From the NCBI GenBank assembly GCA_000165425.1, contig CT868066.1, positions 1-64,000 of the forward strand: DNA of 64,000 bases, given 5' to 3'. Below, piece by piece: positions 12,880 to 27,600 of this stretch. Source of the stretch: Paramecium tetraurelia (Eukaryota). Positions within the stretch are counted from its first letter, which is position 1. Every line of letters starts with the position of its first letter. Under the pieces are notes generated by a model that saw only the letters and a list, made by a program, of their open reading frames with translations, did no database searches and was not told the DNA's origin. The translations under genes were made by a program, and so were the position numbers.

Positions 12880-14313
12880 TCATATTATTTTATAAGCAAT
12901 CTTACAAAAAGAAGTATTATTTTTCAACAATAATTAAACTATCCTAAGCAGATAGTTACATATGTTATTTCTAATTCTGAATTGGTTTCTACTATTCTAA
13001 CAATTTGATAGTATTCTCCTTAGCTAGAATAATCTATTTGAGTTCTTATATCTCTTTCTCAATTTTTTCTTCATAGGACTCATTAGCTAACAATGATAGC
13101 TAATCTACTTCATCTATTTTAAGTCCTCCTTACGTTTATTAAAGTTCATCATATGGTGATCATTTTATTAGAAGTTTAGTTTATTAGTGATAGGTTAAAC
13201 CTAAAGCAAATTTTATTTAAAATCAGGAGAGTTGATAATTCCTAGTTATCTTCATTATTTATATTTTTAAGCAGGAAATTCTGTTTCGATTTTATATAAA
13301 CATAACTCTTTTTTAGTTCTCTTTCTTAATTTTTTTTATTTTAAAAGATTATGTAGGTTCGTATGCATTAACTAAAATATCCTCCAGGGTGTTAAACACG
13401 ACCTTATGATTGTTATCCTGACCAAATGTTTATATAAACTTTTTTCTTCAGTTTACCTATCTCATATATCTCTTTCAGCTAATCAATAAATTCTCTCTAG
13501 ATATTAACTAGTTCATTCCATCTCATAAAGTGCATACATCTTTTATTGTTAGAGAATTACATAGGTGTGAACAATAAAGGGCTCTAGCTGGGCAACACCC
13601 CATTCTCATTAATACATATTAACCTCCCAGCTATCTATAACTCTAAAACTAGTTCTTCTTCTATTTTTCTATATGGAATATTTAAAAGATTAATCTATTT
13701 TTATCTAAAATATTTCTGAATAATTCTGATTTGATTTTAGACTTATTACAGATTATTTTTTTTTCCTACTAAGAATTAAATTTAAAAAAAATTTTTATAA
13801 AGAAGATATTTCTTTTTAAATTTAAGGCTGTCCTACAAATGTTTCCCCAAAACTTCAGTTTTCTTTGCCACATATTAAGTTTGTTCTAATATGTTTCTTT
13901 ATTCCTTAAAATTAATATTATATGGTATATTAATAGGTGTACCATCTAGCTATCTAAGGCCAAACCGAGATAGATTAATTTCTTCACCAAAGGTAGAAAG
14001 CATGGCCTGAATCATGCTTAGTCTAGAATCTTTTGGGTCTAATTTGGCAACAGCCTTTTCTACAATGGCTCCCATCATTCTCTATCTCGTCATTCAAACC
14101 AAATTTGTTCTAGAACATCTTAACCTCAGTCAGTTTTAACTTCCTTATGTGCAACATTAAGAATAAAAGTCAAGCCCCGACTAAATTTTTTTTCTTTAAA
14201 AAATTACAAGCATACTTTTGTAAATTATAGAGTTTTGCTGAGTTTATTTAGAACAATTTAGCCTATTTCTAAACTATAGTGTGAATTATAAATTGCATTT
14301 TGAGTTAACATCA
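12880..14313 (-). pseudogene. Hypothetical coiled-coil protein gene, probably disrupted
   Basis: Long open segments (RMMGAIVEKAVAKLDPKDSRLSMIQAMLSTFGEE; IPYRKIEEELVLELQIAGRLICINENG...; EEKIEKEIQELKQIILAKENTIKLLE) and GT-AG introns, but I could not join them into one frame. Confidence 0.35.
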
Positions 14314-14388
14314 TATTTATTACCAGATATAGAAATGACTGTTAATTAAAAATAATGATTCTTTAATATGGATATTAATATAATAAAT

Positions 14389-17086
14389 TCAACCCTTTCC
14401 AGCAAAAGAGGTCATGTTTGCTAATGTAGATTGTAGGATTCTCAATTTTCTTTAGCTTGCAACCATGTCAGTTTCTAAAATTCCATGTTTGACCATTTTC
14501 TTTGCCTAATACAATTGCAATTAATTCAAAGTTCGAAATGTTGTAAACTTTTAATTGACTTCCATATTCATTGATTATAATTAACATCCTAAATGTTATT
14601 TCCATATAGCAATCATTGGAGTGCTATTGTCACCCAAACCTAATTGATCCAAAATTTTCATTAAAGCTGCTCTTCCTTTTTAGATTGCTTAAAAATATGG
14701 ATTATTTGAGTCTAATCCAACTTCTTATTTTGCAAAATCTAAATCACATCTTCTAGCCATCAAAGCATACATATAAAGCATATATTTCATATGAGGATGA
14801 TTGTTATAATAATAAGTTGCAATTTTGTTGATTAATTCTTCTGGAACTCTATCCCAATAAGCTAATTCCGGATGAGTAAAGGAGCATCTGTCACTATTAC
14901 AATAAGCTTGGACAATGGCTCTCTGACTTTTAATACTTTCAAAGGGACGAGCAATCTCTCTACTTCCTGCAAAATTGAAAGATTCCACCATTGTTTTGAC
15001 AACTTAATTTTTCACATATAATTCATTGTACTCTTTACTCTTTTGCATCGCTCTTTAAGGAACTCCAATTACATTATCTACCTCAACTAAATAACATACC
15101 TAATTCAAACAAAAAGTCCATGTATTCATAAGAAGGTTCAAAGTCATCACTATAATTAATGTTCGATAAGCCATTTAACAAAAATGTGAATGCTACATCC
15201 TCACTGGCAAACTCTGAGGTGAAATAATGACCTTAGATTGTTCTTATATGTCGTTTTCGTTGTGCTCTGGTTAACGCTTAATATTTAGTATGGATCAATG
15301 TGTATGGTCCACCTCCTCTTTCTGGAGTTATGCCCTATCCCATATAAATGTACTTTTCTGGATTCCTTTTATATTCTCTCATATTTCTAAGTTCAGTCAA
15401 GATCAAACCATCTCTTTGTCGCGTGTCACTGCTGGCAATCATAGTTATTTTAGAATCTGTATTGTTTGTTGAAGAGAAGGTTTCCAACAAAGGTACTATT
15501 TCTACATTCTAAACCTTATACAAATTGATTAGATCATTCACTAAGTCATATTGCGATTAGGTTTGGAAATTGGCAATAATAACCATATCTGCTGCTTGTC
15601 CATTTGCATTTAAAAGTGAGATTTCTTTGAATATATTTTTGATCATTGGCTTGATTTTGTTAATCTTAAGCTTATATCAATATTTAATACATCTGTCAAA
15701 TCCTCACCAGCTAATCTAATTTGTCCCAATACTCCTGTTAATCTGAAAATAGAATATAGTTTCTTTAACTTTAAGGCTATAAAATAGTCCTTAGAATCAT
15801 CATTCTTTGCCAGAATATGATCTAGAATTTAATTAATTTAATCTTCTATTTTTTTGATATTAAAAATTGGCATTTGTTAATAGAACTCTTCTAACGAAAT
15901 CTCCTTTTTGACTCTAAACTTATCACTTAAATCTCTTAAGCTTTTACTATACTCTAAAGCTTATTAATATAATTCCAAAATTTTTCTAAAATCCTCATTC
16001 TCCTCTAATTTTGCTTCAGAAATATATTCCTTATATTATTATATAGTCAAATCAATTGTCAACCCATGTGTATAAGTCATAATACCAATTTCCTAATGAA
16101 TAGAAATCAATGTCTACCATTCCTGGATGATTGTCAAAATCAAATGTCAACCAAGTACCTGGAGTCTCAAAATATTCTTCAGGGTTCTACAATCCTAGTT
16201 CATAAGCTTGAGCTACAGCCTTAATAAGATTGGGTAAATATTAAGTATGATAGATTAGAGATTCTTCTATGTACGATACTTTCTATAATTTATTAAGACA
16301 GAAAATTACATTAAAAATTCGTTATTTGTTTGATTAAATAAATAACTTGGCAGCGTACTTTAGATATTTGTAATCATTTTATTCGATCCCTTAGAGCATT
16401 CTACTAATAGCAATCAACTAGGTCAACGAATTTGGTTATGTTGGATGAGAAGTAAATACATACTTGACTCGATTGATTTTAGACTAAAAACATTTATAAT
16501 TAAAATTATATTTGTACTTTATCTCGTTGATTAAAATACTCGATAATTCTGAATTAATCCAGATATTCATATCGAGCGTAATGGCTGCTCAATCTATCAA
16601 ATATCATTAAGCTATAGATATGCCACAACAATTGTTCTGGCAAATCCTTTTCTTCACAACTCAAGGCCTCCATGTCTTTCCCTTAATAAGTATTATCAAA
16701 GTAGATGGACAAGGCATCTTGGAATAATTAGGTTTCTTCATGAGTCAAATTATCAACGTAGGCATCTAATAGCTATAACATAGTCTTCTTTTTTCTGGGA
16801 TTTATGTGTCGGAAATAATTATTTCCTAAATCCATGAGTCTAATTGGAGATTGTTCAAGGAGAGGTTCTTCTTATATGAACTTTTGAATCTCGATGATGG
16901 AGCACCTTTTATCACTAATATATATTGAAAATTTGATTACTCAGCATTAGCAGCAATCCAAAGCATGTCATTCTCTCTTAACTACTTTTCTTTGACGTTC
17001 TCAGACAAGAAATACTTTGGCAAGTATTTTGAAGTCTAGTTTAGATGAGTTGCTCTTCTAAGGTGGGAAGTAATCGATCGTATCAT
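14389..17086 (-). CDS. Divergent phosphoenolpyruvate carboxylase (bacterial/plant-type fold), ~845 aa, 6 introns, mitochondrial-type N-terminus
   Basis: Motifs in canonical PEPC order: VFTSHPTQ (VLTAHPT), GTWLTFDFDNHP (SWMGGDRDGNP), IFRLTGVLGQIRLAGE (FGL..LDIRQES), IVPLLET (VPLFET), MIASSDTRQRDG (MIGYSDSAKDAG), YMGQGITPERGGGP (FHGRGGSIGRGGAP), RTIQG (RVTEQG), AGSRE (GSRP), QRAIV (LRAIP), C-terminal ...FAGKG*. Confidence 0.85.
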
Positions 17087-18671
17087 ATTATTTAAATTAA
17101 ATATAATTCTTTCTGGAATATTGAAATATTTCTACTGATAATGTATTTGGATTGCTAATTCTAGAAAATGCATAGAATCAGCATTTTAACAACAATCCAT
17201 TGTGAATTTTATTTCAATTTGCTTATCTTGCCTATATTTTTTATATATATTAGCTAGAAGTGAATGGAAAATTATATATATTCAATTTACAATGATAACC
17301 TCTTAATCGCATAATAAATCAGATCAACATTTTAGCGTTGCCTTGTCTATGGGATGAAAGTTGCAATAAATTGAGTAATTGTAATTTAAATTTATTTTAA
17401 AAATTATTTTTAACTCATATTATAAACAATAATAATTAGATTTTATTTTTAATTATAATTATAAAATGTGGCAATTTATTATTTTTCAAATCATTCATTA
17501 ATTAATACTTATACATTTATTTCATAAATTATGAATAAGATTGGACGATAATTTTTTTGAACCAATTATGATTAGACTATTAGATTTTGTTTTATGTAAC
17601 TCAACATAATTCTAATGATAAATAAGACTAATTAATAGTCTTAAAGCTAAAGCACAACAAAAGAGTGTTAAGGATAGATATCATAAAATATATATTTTAT
17701 TCAATCTTCTATATACTTAAGCACATTACTAATTTTAAATTTATAATCGACAAAAAAACGAAGGATATATAACATTATGAAAAAAAATAAGTATTTCTAT
17801 CTTGATTATGCTAATATTGTGTTATTAGTCTGGATTCTATGAGCATTTGGTGATTTTCATAGAGCAATCACACACTTTTGATTCTATCATCATTTGAAAT
17901 TCTTTATACAGTTTAAAATACAAAAGTATTTGTATTTAATTATATGTTTTTGAGGCACTTTGAATAATAATATGTTTCCAGTTAACTTTATTTATGTTAG
18001 TCGTTTATGTGGCTGATTTTCTGACTTCTGGGGAATTCTACATCATTTGTTACTTTAATTTTACTATTAAAGTAGTTGCTAAATTAAATTGGCACCGGAC
18101 CGTAAAATTAATTGAAAAAATTTTATATTAAATAAAAATAAACATGATAATATTTTCATTCTTACCTATAATTTAATTAAATTATAAGTAACAAGCAATC
18201 CAAAGAATAATTACGACTATTTATAAGTTAGCAATAGTTGTTTAAGTAATTTTGACTTAATTCACATAGAACGATAAATAATTAATAATTATGCTGTTTG
18301 TTTTATTTGGCGTTGTAATCCAAATTATCATAAATGGTATAAAAGCCTTTCATCTTTGATTATAACAACCACTTATGTGTTAATTTCTTCATTTCATTAA
18401 TACTACTTTATATTACCTATTCAAGTTGGAGGAGTCAGTTGAATTTTTATTTTATCCTTCTTGTTTTGGAAATATTTGTTTTTATACTTTAAACGCGCGT
18501 ATGATAAAGATTTCATATTTAATTTTATCATCACAAAATAATGAATTTAAAATAATTAAATATCCCATATGTATATATAAAACACAATATTAAGAGTGAG
18601 CTCTTTATGTTCACCTTTTAATGGAGCTATTGTTAAGTTTTTATTTAATTAAAAGAAATTAATAATTGTTA

Positions 18672-21600
18672 ATGATTAAGAAGGGAAGTTTCATGTTGTT
18701 TGAACAGTCAGTATTTTCGATACTTTTTTTATTGACCACAGGTTGTCCTTTTCTTGATTATGAGTCATCCTTGTTAAGTAGCACAGGCCCTATAGAAGAA
18801 ACCATTATAGAGGGCATGGGGTCATCTTAAAGTTTTGCTTTTTGGAGTTTTAGTATTCCAATGTGGGAAGTAAAGAAGTACCCTTAGGTTGAAGAAAAGT
18901 TGTATGTTGATAATAGAAATGAATAATTGTTATTTCTATTGAAATCACTTGATGATGAGAGGGTCATAATGTTTATGCATCTTGCATTTTCAGATTTCAT
19001 GCCTTTGGTATCGCATAGACTATATGTAGAGGAGGAGATTGATAGTAGTAATGTCTTTGATTATGATTATTTCTCATCTTAATATGAAGGAAAGTGGAGC
19101 CTAACCATAATAACAATATAATAGAAAAGTGTGATCGTGGAAACGAATGCAATGTCAACTCATTCGATACCCGATCTGTCTCAAGAATTGAATAATGTAA
19201 AATTCATAATAGGAGGAACTGGGATTGTAATTGTTATTGAATAGATTTTAGATCAATTCCTCTCATTAGCTGGGGATTTTTAGAGGAAGATTATCAAAAT
19301 TAATACAGTTTACAGATTATTCAGCAGGAAGCTTTGTATTTATTAGAGAGAATTGTGCAATTCCCCCTAGTGTAGTTGGGAAATAGATTGTAAGTTTGAT
19401 ACCGGGGCTAAAGAACTTTGAAGGGGACACGTAGTTGAACTTCGAAGTGAATGAAGTGGGATAGAAGTTTTACATTTCAGGTTGGATAAAATTGGATCCA
19501 TCAGAAGCGAGTTTTATTACAACATATATGGTTCTTCGATTAACAACGTTTAAGTTATATTCTGACGAATTGAGATTGGGAGATGAAATACTGAAAATCA
19601 CAGTAGATTTAGATCTTGCTGAACCAGCCAATAGTGGTTACAATATAATATCTCATCATTATTCTATGCCTGTTTAAGGGGCAGTGAATCCTGATTTTAT
19701 AGGTAGGAAGAGATTAGATGATCCATCCAGTACTAATTTTTAATCCCAATTGACTAAATGGCATTTCATTGTATTTCAGCATGGATTGTCAGATTTATAT
19801 TAGTCACAGATGAAACTAAATTTTCAATAAGGACAAACATATCAATTGAATGTGATATTTTTTGACGATTTTTAAGCACAAGGATTATTTATAAATACAA
19901 AATACTACTTCATATTTGGAGGTGATTTAACCGTATTCAGAAAATTACGTGGACAAATGCAAAACTTCCAATTCTGTTACAATTACGAGGTGGATGAAGA
20001 TATCTAATTTTGTATGTTTATAATACTAATTATAAAGAATGTCATCCTACATGTTTCAATTGTGTTGGCCCATTAGCGTCTAATTGTTTGGGATGTTAAG
20101 ATGGTTTAAATAGGAGATGGTCAGAAGATCTACAGACTTGTTTTTGCACTTATGGTTACATAGAGATCGAAGGCACTTGTTATTCATTTAATGATTTATA
20201 TCCAACACTATAGTTTGATGAAATGCCTATGGATTAGACAAACTCTATTTGTCCATTCGGTTATTTCTATTTGGAAGTCAATAAAGAATGCATAAGATGG
20301 TAATTTCTTTTTTCTTATGTAGTCCTCAAACAACTTCCACTGATTTGTTGTGTGTTGATTGTTTATTTGATCCCACCACTTGGCCTTTATTTCCGGTTTG
20401 TAAAACAGACTATGTGACTTAGAAGATAAGTGTTTCAGAAGATGCATATAGAAAGCATCGAAGATCAAATACGGATAACGACGTATATTTTATAGATTAG
20501 AATTTCAATTTAAAATTAATTGAAGGTGCATCTGATTATTGTAATACAGATGACGAATTGCCAAATTGTTTTGAATTCGGACAAATGAGACATCTATCAA
20601 ATAAAGTTTATCTAATTTGTAAAGAGAATCATTACTTCTCGAATAATCATTGTATATTGTTAGATGTTAACTGTAAACGAACAGAATACAAGGAACCCAA
20701 ATGTTTGGAGTGTATGTAAGGATATTACCTACTAAATGATAAATGCGAGTAATGTTCATTGAGATGCACATCTTGTAATTCACTTAGTTGTTTATCTTGT
20801 CCATCTGGATACGAAGCAGTTGGTACTACATGTTTGAGTTGCGGCAATTACTGTTCTACTTGCATTCTCTAATTGAATTTGTATACTCTCGAGCCTTATA
20901 TGAAATGTTTAAAGTGTGTAGATGATTAGAAATACTTCCAATCTTTGAATGGAGTGGATTGTATGAAAAATACAATACCGAATTGCTTGTATGCATTCCA
21001 AGTAGCTGCTGAACATGATAGATTGACTACCTTGGATCATTCATTTACACCCTACACAGGATTAATTATTACTAAGTGTGCAAAGTGTAAGGAACCTTAC
21101 TCATTCGATGAATAGACTCTACTTTGTGTTATGAGATCGTAGAGTTCATGTTCCTACAATTATCGTCTGTCTAGTAGTGATAATGATATCTGTCTTTTTG
21201 GACCTAGAACTTCGGATATAGATCCTGTATCCTTCACTACTGGATGTATTGGACTTAATCAAAATTGTTATACCTGCATAAAAGGTCAAGTGAATACAAA
21301 AGTATCGTATCTATGTTTGATTTGTAACAATGGGTATTATTCAGAAAAGATGACTGGACAATGTCAACCATGTCCTATCAATCTTCATTGCTTATCCTGT
21401 TATCAACAAAATATGAAATCTAAAGATAATTGGAAAACTGACATACGAGCTTACTATAGACAAGCAATAGATGATAATTTACAATCACATTCTTTTATCG
21501 ATTATGGCACATCTTAAAATATTGAAGATTATGAAGTTGCCTGTAAATTTTGTTAATCAGGTTATGAACTTTACAATAATCTATGCATTAAAGCTTGTCC

Positions 21601-24600
21601 TGACTCTTGTGTACAATGTATCAAGATTAACAATGAAAACATATGTGTTAAATGTCCAGATTTCATTGATGGTAGATTCTTGAGTCTTCATGATAATGAA
21701 TGTATTCAATGTCCAATTAGTTGCTCATTATGTCGCCAAAGAGATCAAGATGAAATAATGGCCATAAATCCTCTCTTTAACAATGCAAATTTCAAATATT
21801 CATCTAATCAATGTCTAAAACAATTTCATGGTTACTTTGATTAACAATTAGGCATCTTTGTCAATTGTGAACATGCTGAATGCATAAGGAAATTATAGAT
21901 CAATTTAAATTTGTACTGTTCTAGTTCCGATTACAACGATGCTCTAAATTAATTGCTAACAGAAACTGAAATCAAAATATTCAAATAATCTAATATCCTA
22001 ATCAATGATCTGTTTTCTCCAAACAGTTTTTAATAGGTATTTATCAACCATATCATAGTTTGAAACAGATGAATTCTATAAATAAGCCAATGAAAAAGTC
22101 ATCAAAACCATTCTCATTAAAATTGTCAGTAACATACATTAAACTTGTACAATCAATAACACCAAGAATGTTAGACAAATCTTCAGCTAGAATATTTTCT
22201 CTGCCATGTAACTATTATATTGTATTTAGAAATGTGGAACTTGAAATTCATGGCAATAGCATTACAACATTTAAATTCGATAAGGTGATATCATTCATCA
22301 ATTTCAAAAGAGTTTATCTTTCAAAGATTACAATGACTCCATTTGAAATCAGTAACTAAAAATCATTAATCTTTGTGAGTTCTTTCACTTAACAAATCTA
22401 ATTAAGTGATCTAATATATACTGGAGATGCATCTAATCAGAAACAATAAATAATTATCAAGAATTCAAATGATGTAGTAATTGAAAATCTTAAATTATCT
22501 AACATCGATATTAACAATGTAGAAGCCTTTATTACAATTGATCAAATACCTTAAATCTAAAATGTTAGAATATCTAATATAGAATGTGTTTCAAGTTAAG
22601 CCTAGAATCTGATTCTGCTACTTTTAAATTTGAAGGAGACTGATTCTGTAGAGATATCCAATGTCAAAATTACTTCCAAATTTACCTAAGCATCATTTTT
22701 AAAATAAGTATCTGGAAATTTGATCATCAATAACATCCAAATAGACGATAGTCAAATATCAAGCATCAATAGTCTTTTTAATTTTGGAACACTACTTCAG
22801 GTTGAAATCATTCAATTTTCAATTCTAAATTCTATTATAATTAACTCGACACTCTTGTATTTGAATGGATAATCCTCCTTGAATAGTGTAGTATTTGAGA
22901 ATAATGAATTATCTATTGAGTCAGTTGGAATAACTAATAAAAATGTTGAAGTCACATTATATACATTTTAAGATGTTTCATTTAAATTAAATAAATACGA
23001 CTAAAGTTCTTGCTTAGTTAAAATCAAGGAAAGTTTTAGTCCGAATAAAGTAATAAGGATCAGTCAATTAAGTTTAATTGCCAACACATTAACTACAATT
23101 CCAAGTTTACAGTTTTTGGAATAACAATTAACAACTCTGTTCTATCTGTAAATATAGAATGTGAGTATCACTGACTTGTCAATAGAAAGAGCCTATGGCA
23201 TAAGAGACATTACATTTGTAGATGTAATATTCTTAAATCTAAATCAAATCAAAATTCAATAACATAAACAACATGTCTTCAAAGGTCTTCATCAATATGT
23301 GGATTGTTTCACAAGATCTATCTAAAGTCAGTACTACATTACATCACTCTATTTATATGATGTATCTCAAATAGTCATCCATCAATTGACAATAGATATG
23401 GCTGAGTCCATCAACTATCCAATCATCAACATATAGAGTTCTATTGCTGTCTCCTCATCCTCGAAATCGTTACACATTGAAGAAATCACGTTTACGAATA
23501 ACTTGGTAATCATAATTAACAAGATGAAATCAACTTCGATTTTTCAAATGAGTTCTGAATAAGAATACCAAATTACCATTCTCAATTCATTTATGAAATA
23601 TAACTTAATGCATCAATATGAGTAAAATGATCGAATTTATTCAGGACTGATCTTCAATTTCGATTGTCCTTACTGTACAATTAAAATAACCAATCTCTTA
23701 GTCGAAGATAATCTTGTTACAAATACAACCGATAATGTGATATCACTAAAAGCCAAGTCCATCTCAATTCGATAATCAAAGTTCTTTCAGAATTCAATCT
23801 TCTAGTATTCTATCATATAACCATATCTATTATGGGGATTCCATAAAAATGAAGACATCTTTGTTGAACAAATAAAATAAGTATTCCCAATCAGAGTTAT
23901 AACTGGAAATATGAAATTAATAGGTTAAAATATTTAAATAGAAAATCTAAATATTACTAATTCATCTGGATCAGGCCTTTACATAAAGTTAGAGAGTGAT
24001 GCAACTTTGTTCATAAAGAACACTATATTCAATCATATTACAACTCACTACATCGATTCTGATGAGAATGGAGGAGCAATATATATTGATTCATCATATG
24101 CTATGAGATCCAATATTCTGCTCTCAAACATTACTGCATCCAATATCCAATGTAGAAACTATGGTGGCTTAGTATTTTTACTAAATGGAGAGAGTTACAT
24201 TTAAATCAACCTAACTAATCTCAACATTGCTGACGTTTATGCCCTCAAAGGATCTATTGTTTATAGTGAATTTTCATCAACCTTTAATTCAATCCAATCA
24301 TTTAAAATTTCAAACTTAGTAATTGCCAACAACCTACAAAATCAACTATTATACTTTCAAAAATTTGAAGTTAATAAGCTTGATTCTTCTGCAATGCAGA
24401 CATTATCTTTTTAAAGGAGTCTGCTAAAGATATCTAATGCTTGGACAATAACCTTGGAGTATCTGTAAATATCTGAATTACATTTCGAGTCACTCGGATT
24501 CTTTGACAATATCAGAAGTGCTCAATTAAAGTAGATTTAGCTAACTCAGTGTCAATTACTTAATTCTTTTATTGTCATCAATACAATCCAAGATAAATCT

Positions 24601-27600
24601 CAGATTTTCATACAACAATTAAAATTACATAACTCAACTATTTTGGATATTATCCCCCTAACACCCACTTCAGAATGTACTAATTTAGAGTCTCAAACTA
24701 AATTAGTTTAATTTTAATGTTTGACCGAATTCTTCTAAAAATAATCACCGATCAAACTGAATTCTAATAATGAAGAGTTGTCTTCAGTTTGTTTAATTTA
24801 GAAGTTAAAATAACTTGATAGAAAATCTAATGGTAGTTTAATATATCTCAACCTTTATAATTCTAGCTTAAGTATTTCATAGGTTTCATTTTAGTATCTC
24901 AAATGCTCGGATGGGTTATTGTTTATTAACTTTCAGCGTAAGGAAGGGACCCTCTATATGAAAAATGTAAACTTATAAAATAATATATGTGAACTATCGA
25001 GTTGCTTAAAAATAGTCAAAAAAACGAGTTCTTCATCTCGTATCCTTGAGAATTTGAATCAATACATAAATAAGAAATAATATGACTTTAAACTACAAGA
25101 TTACGTTTGTAGTTTTAATTATGGGTATGAAGGTACCTGTCTTTAGATTTCAAATATCAAAACATTAATTGTTTCTTCAATTTTTCAACATAACGTAGCA
25201 CATTAATCTGGTGGATCTATGATTGTGATTGGAGAGGAATCATTCATTTTAGCATATTGTACAATTCAAAATAACACTGCTTAATTTGGAGGAGGATTTG
25301 CTGTTGCTGATTAAATAAGTTAGAATTTGACAAGATTAGGATCTGTGTTGAATGAGAATAATGCATTAAAATTTGGAGCTAATCAAGCGTAATTACCATC
25401 ATCATTGTCAATTACAACGGATATGAAGAATGTTTTGTCAAAGGTTAAGATCATTGAATAGAGTAATTTATTGATAGAATAGATTGAAATAAAGCCTTAT
25501 TAAGTATTTACGAACACATATTCAGATGCTTTGTATGTACCAAATGGATAAAAGCTTTCAATGTATGAGTATTTTGATTGGAAGAAAGGTTAATATTATC
25601 AATACAATTTGCATTTAAGAATTGTAGCTTTGGATCCTCAAAACGAAGTTCAAGAAAATTTAAATGGTACATATTGTGAAATTAGTGGTGGATTACTGAG
25701 GTCTAATGAAATTACTGAATTTAGTAACAATTTTACGAATTTGAAAAATATAAGCTTTAATTCTACAGATTATAATTTAGATGAGATTATATTTTACTTA
25801 GATGATGAACTTAATATGACCTTGTAGATGTAGTTTTACTGCAATTCAATCTATGTTCCAATCTATGGGGAACAGCAGGAAATAATCAGTTATCACAATA
25901 ATTATTACTTAAGATTAAATATTAAGACATTGCCTTGCTAAATGGGTGAAATAAAGAGAACTTCTGACTTAACCTGTTAGCCTTGTGATGCAGAGCAAGG
26001 TTAATATTCTGTGAGCTTCAATTCCCAGGATTGTACTATTAAAGATGACTCATCAATCAAAGAAATAAAGTCAGCTTAAATGAATCTTAGATCTGGATAT
26101 TGGCGACCTTATTTCTATACTGATCAGATTAGCTTTTGTATCAATTTACTAAGCAACTGTTTGGGAGGATGGAAAGAAGGAGATACGTCTTGTTTTATTG
26201 GACATATAGGTGCATTATGTGAAGAATGTGACATATATAACTTACGTGGAGAGGGTCACTTCTCAACAAGTACTAAGTATTCTTGCAGTTCTTGTGCTGA
26301 AAAAGATACAAATTCAATAATTATAACTGCTATCAGCATCTGGTATAAAAATTGATCTACTTTTTAGGACTTTGGTTTCAATCCTGATTTCAGTTAAGGG
26401 TACTGTCTCCTTGCTTGTAGATATTGCATTAAAAGTTCAAGTAAAAAAGATCAGGTTCTTCATGTCAATGCAAGAGTCCTATTCTGGAATTCTCATCAAG
26501 ATGTTAACAAATCATCTATAGATATTATCCACTATCACTAGTTTTAAATTGAATCTGCCCAGTGGAATGTCAAGTGCAATCAATGCTTCTGGAAACCCCA
26601 TTTAAACCATGACCTATTCCCTTGACTGTTTCTTAATGGAAATGTTTTATTTCAACATCCATTATTCAAGAATGATCTGGTAGATGATTATGCCATTCAT
26701 TTATATCTTTATTTTCTTTCTATTGTACTGGATTGCAATCAAATTAAAAAAGGTTACTTATAGTGTAAGTGTAATCACAACAACCTTCATCTATCTGTAT
26801 ATATATCTTCAACCCAATTTAGTAGGTGGCTTAATTTCCTTGATATCCTTCAGGAATATCTCCAATTTTAAGTGGATTCAAGCCAATGTTGCATACAGGT
26901 ATGATACTATATCTCATTTTTTGTGGCTTTTATCCTTTTGTCTTCCAGGCTTACTAATCATAGCCTTCCTTATCCCATTTCTCTTTTATTATGCTTTGTA
27001 CATAAATAAAGACAACCTTAATGATAAGAAAGTCAGGCAATAATGGGGATATCTCTATAATGAATATAAGACTGATGTATATTTTTGGGAAGTTGTTAAA
27101 ATTGTAGAAAAAGAATTGTTAATTATCTTTCTATCTTATTATGATGAAACAATTGTGAAAAAAGGCATCCTTGTTCTATTGGTTGTTTATATCTATCTGG
27201 AACTCAATACTAAATTCAAACCATATTAATCTCCTAACTTAAATAGATTAGATGCTTACTCAGCCAATGTTTGTGAAATCTCTATTGCCCTTGGAATAGG
27301 CATCTATGTTGATTAAATATATGGTTCCTTAGAAATTTAAATACCCTACTTCATTATTTTGGCAGCTCTCAATTTATATTTCCTCTTGCTTGTCTTGAAG
27401 GAAATATTACAATCCTACAAAAGAGATCTAGAAATACAATTAGATAAGGTTCGTGATTTAGTTAGATAAAAAGCACCTTGGACTATGAAATATCGATTCT
27501 TAAATAAAGAACTTCAAAACAGATAAGAAATGAGAATCAGAGTTAAATCAAGATATCGAAAGATCCGAGAATATTTAATGGAACAAGCAAAACAACTTCT

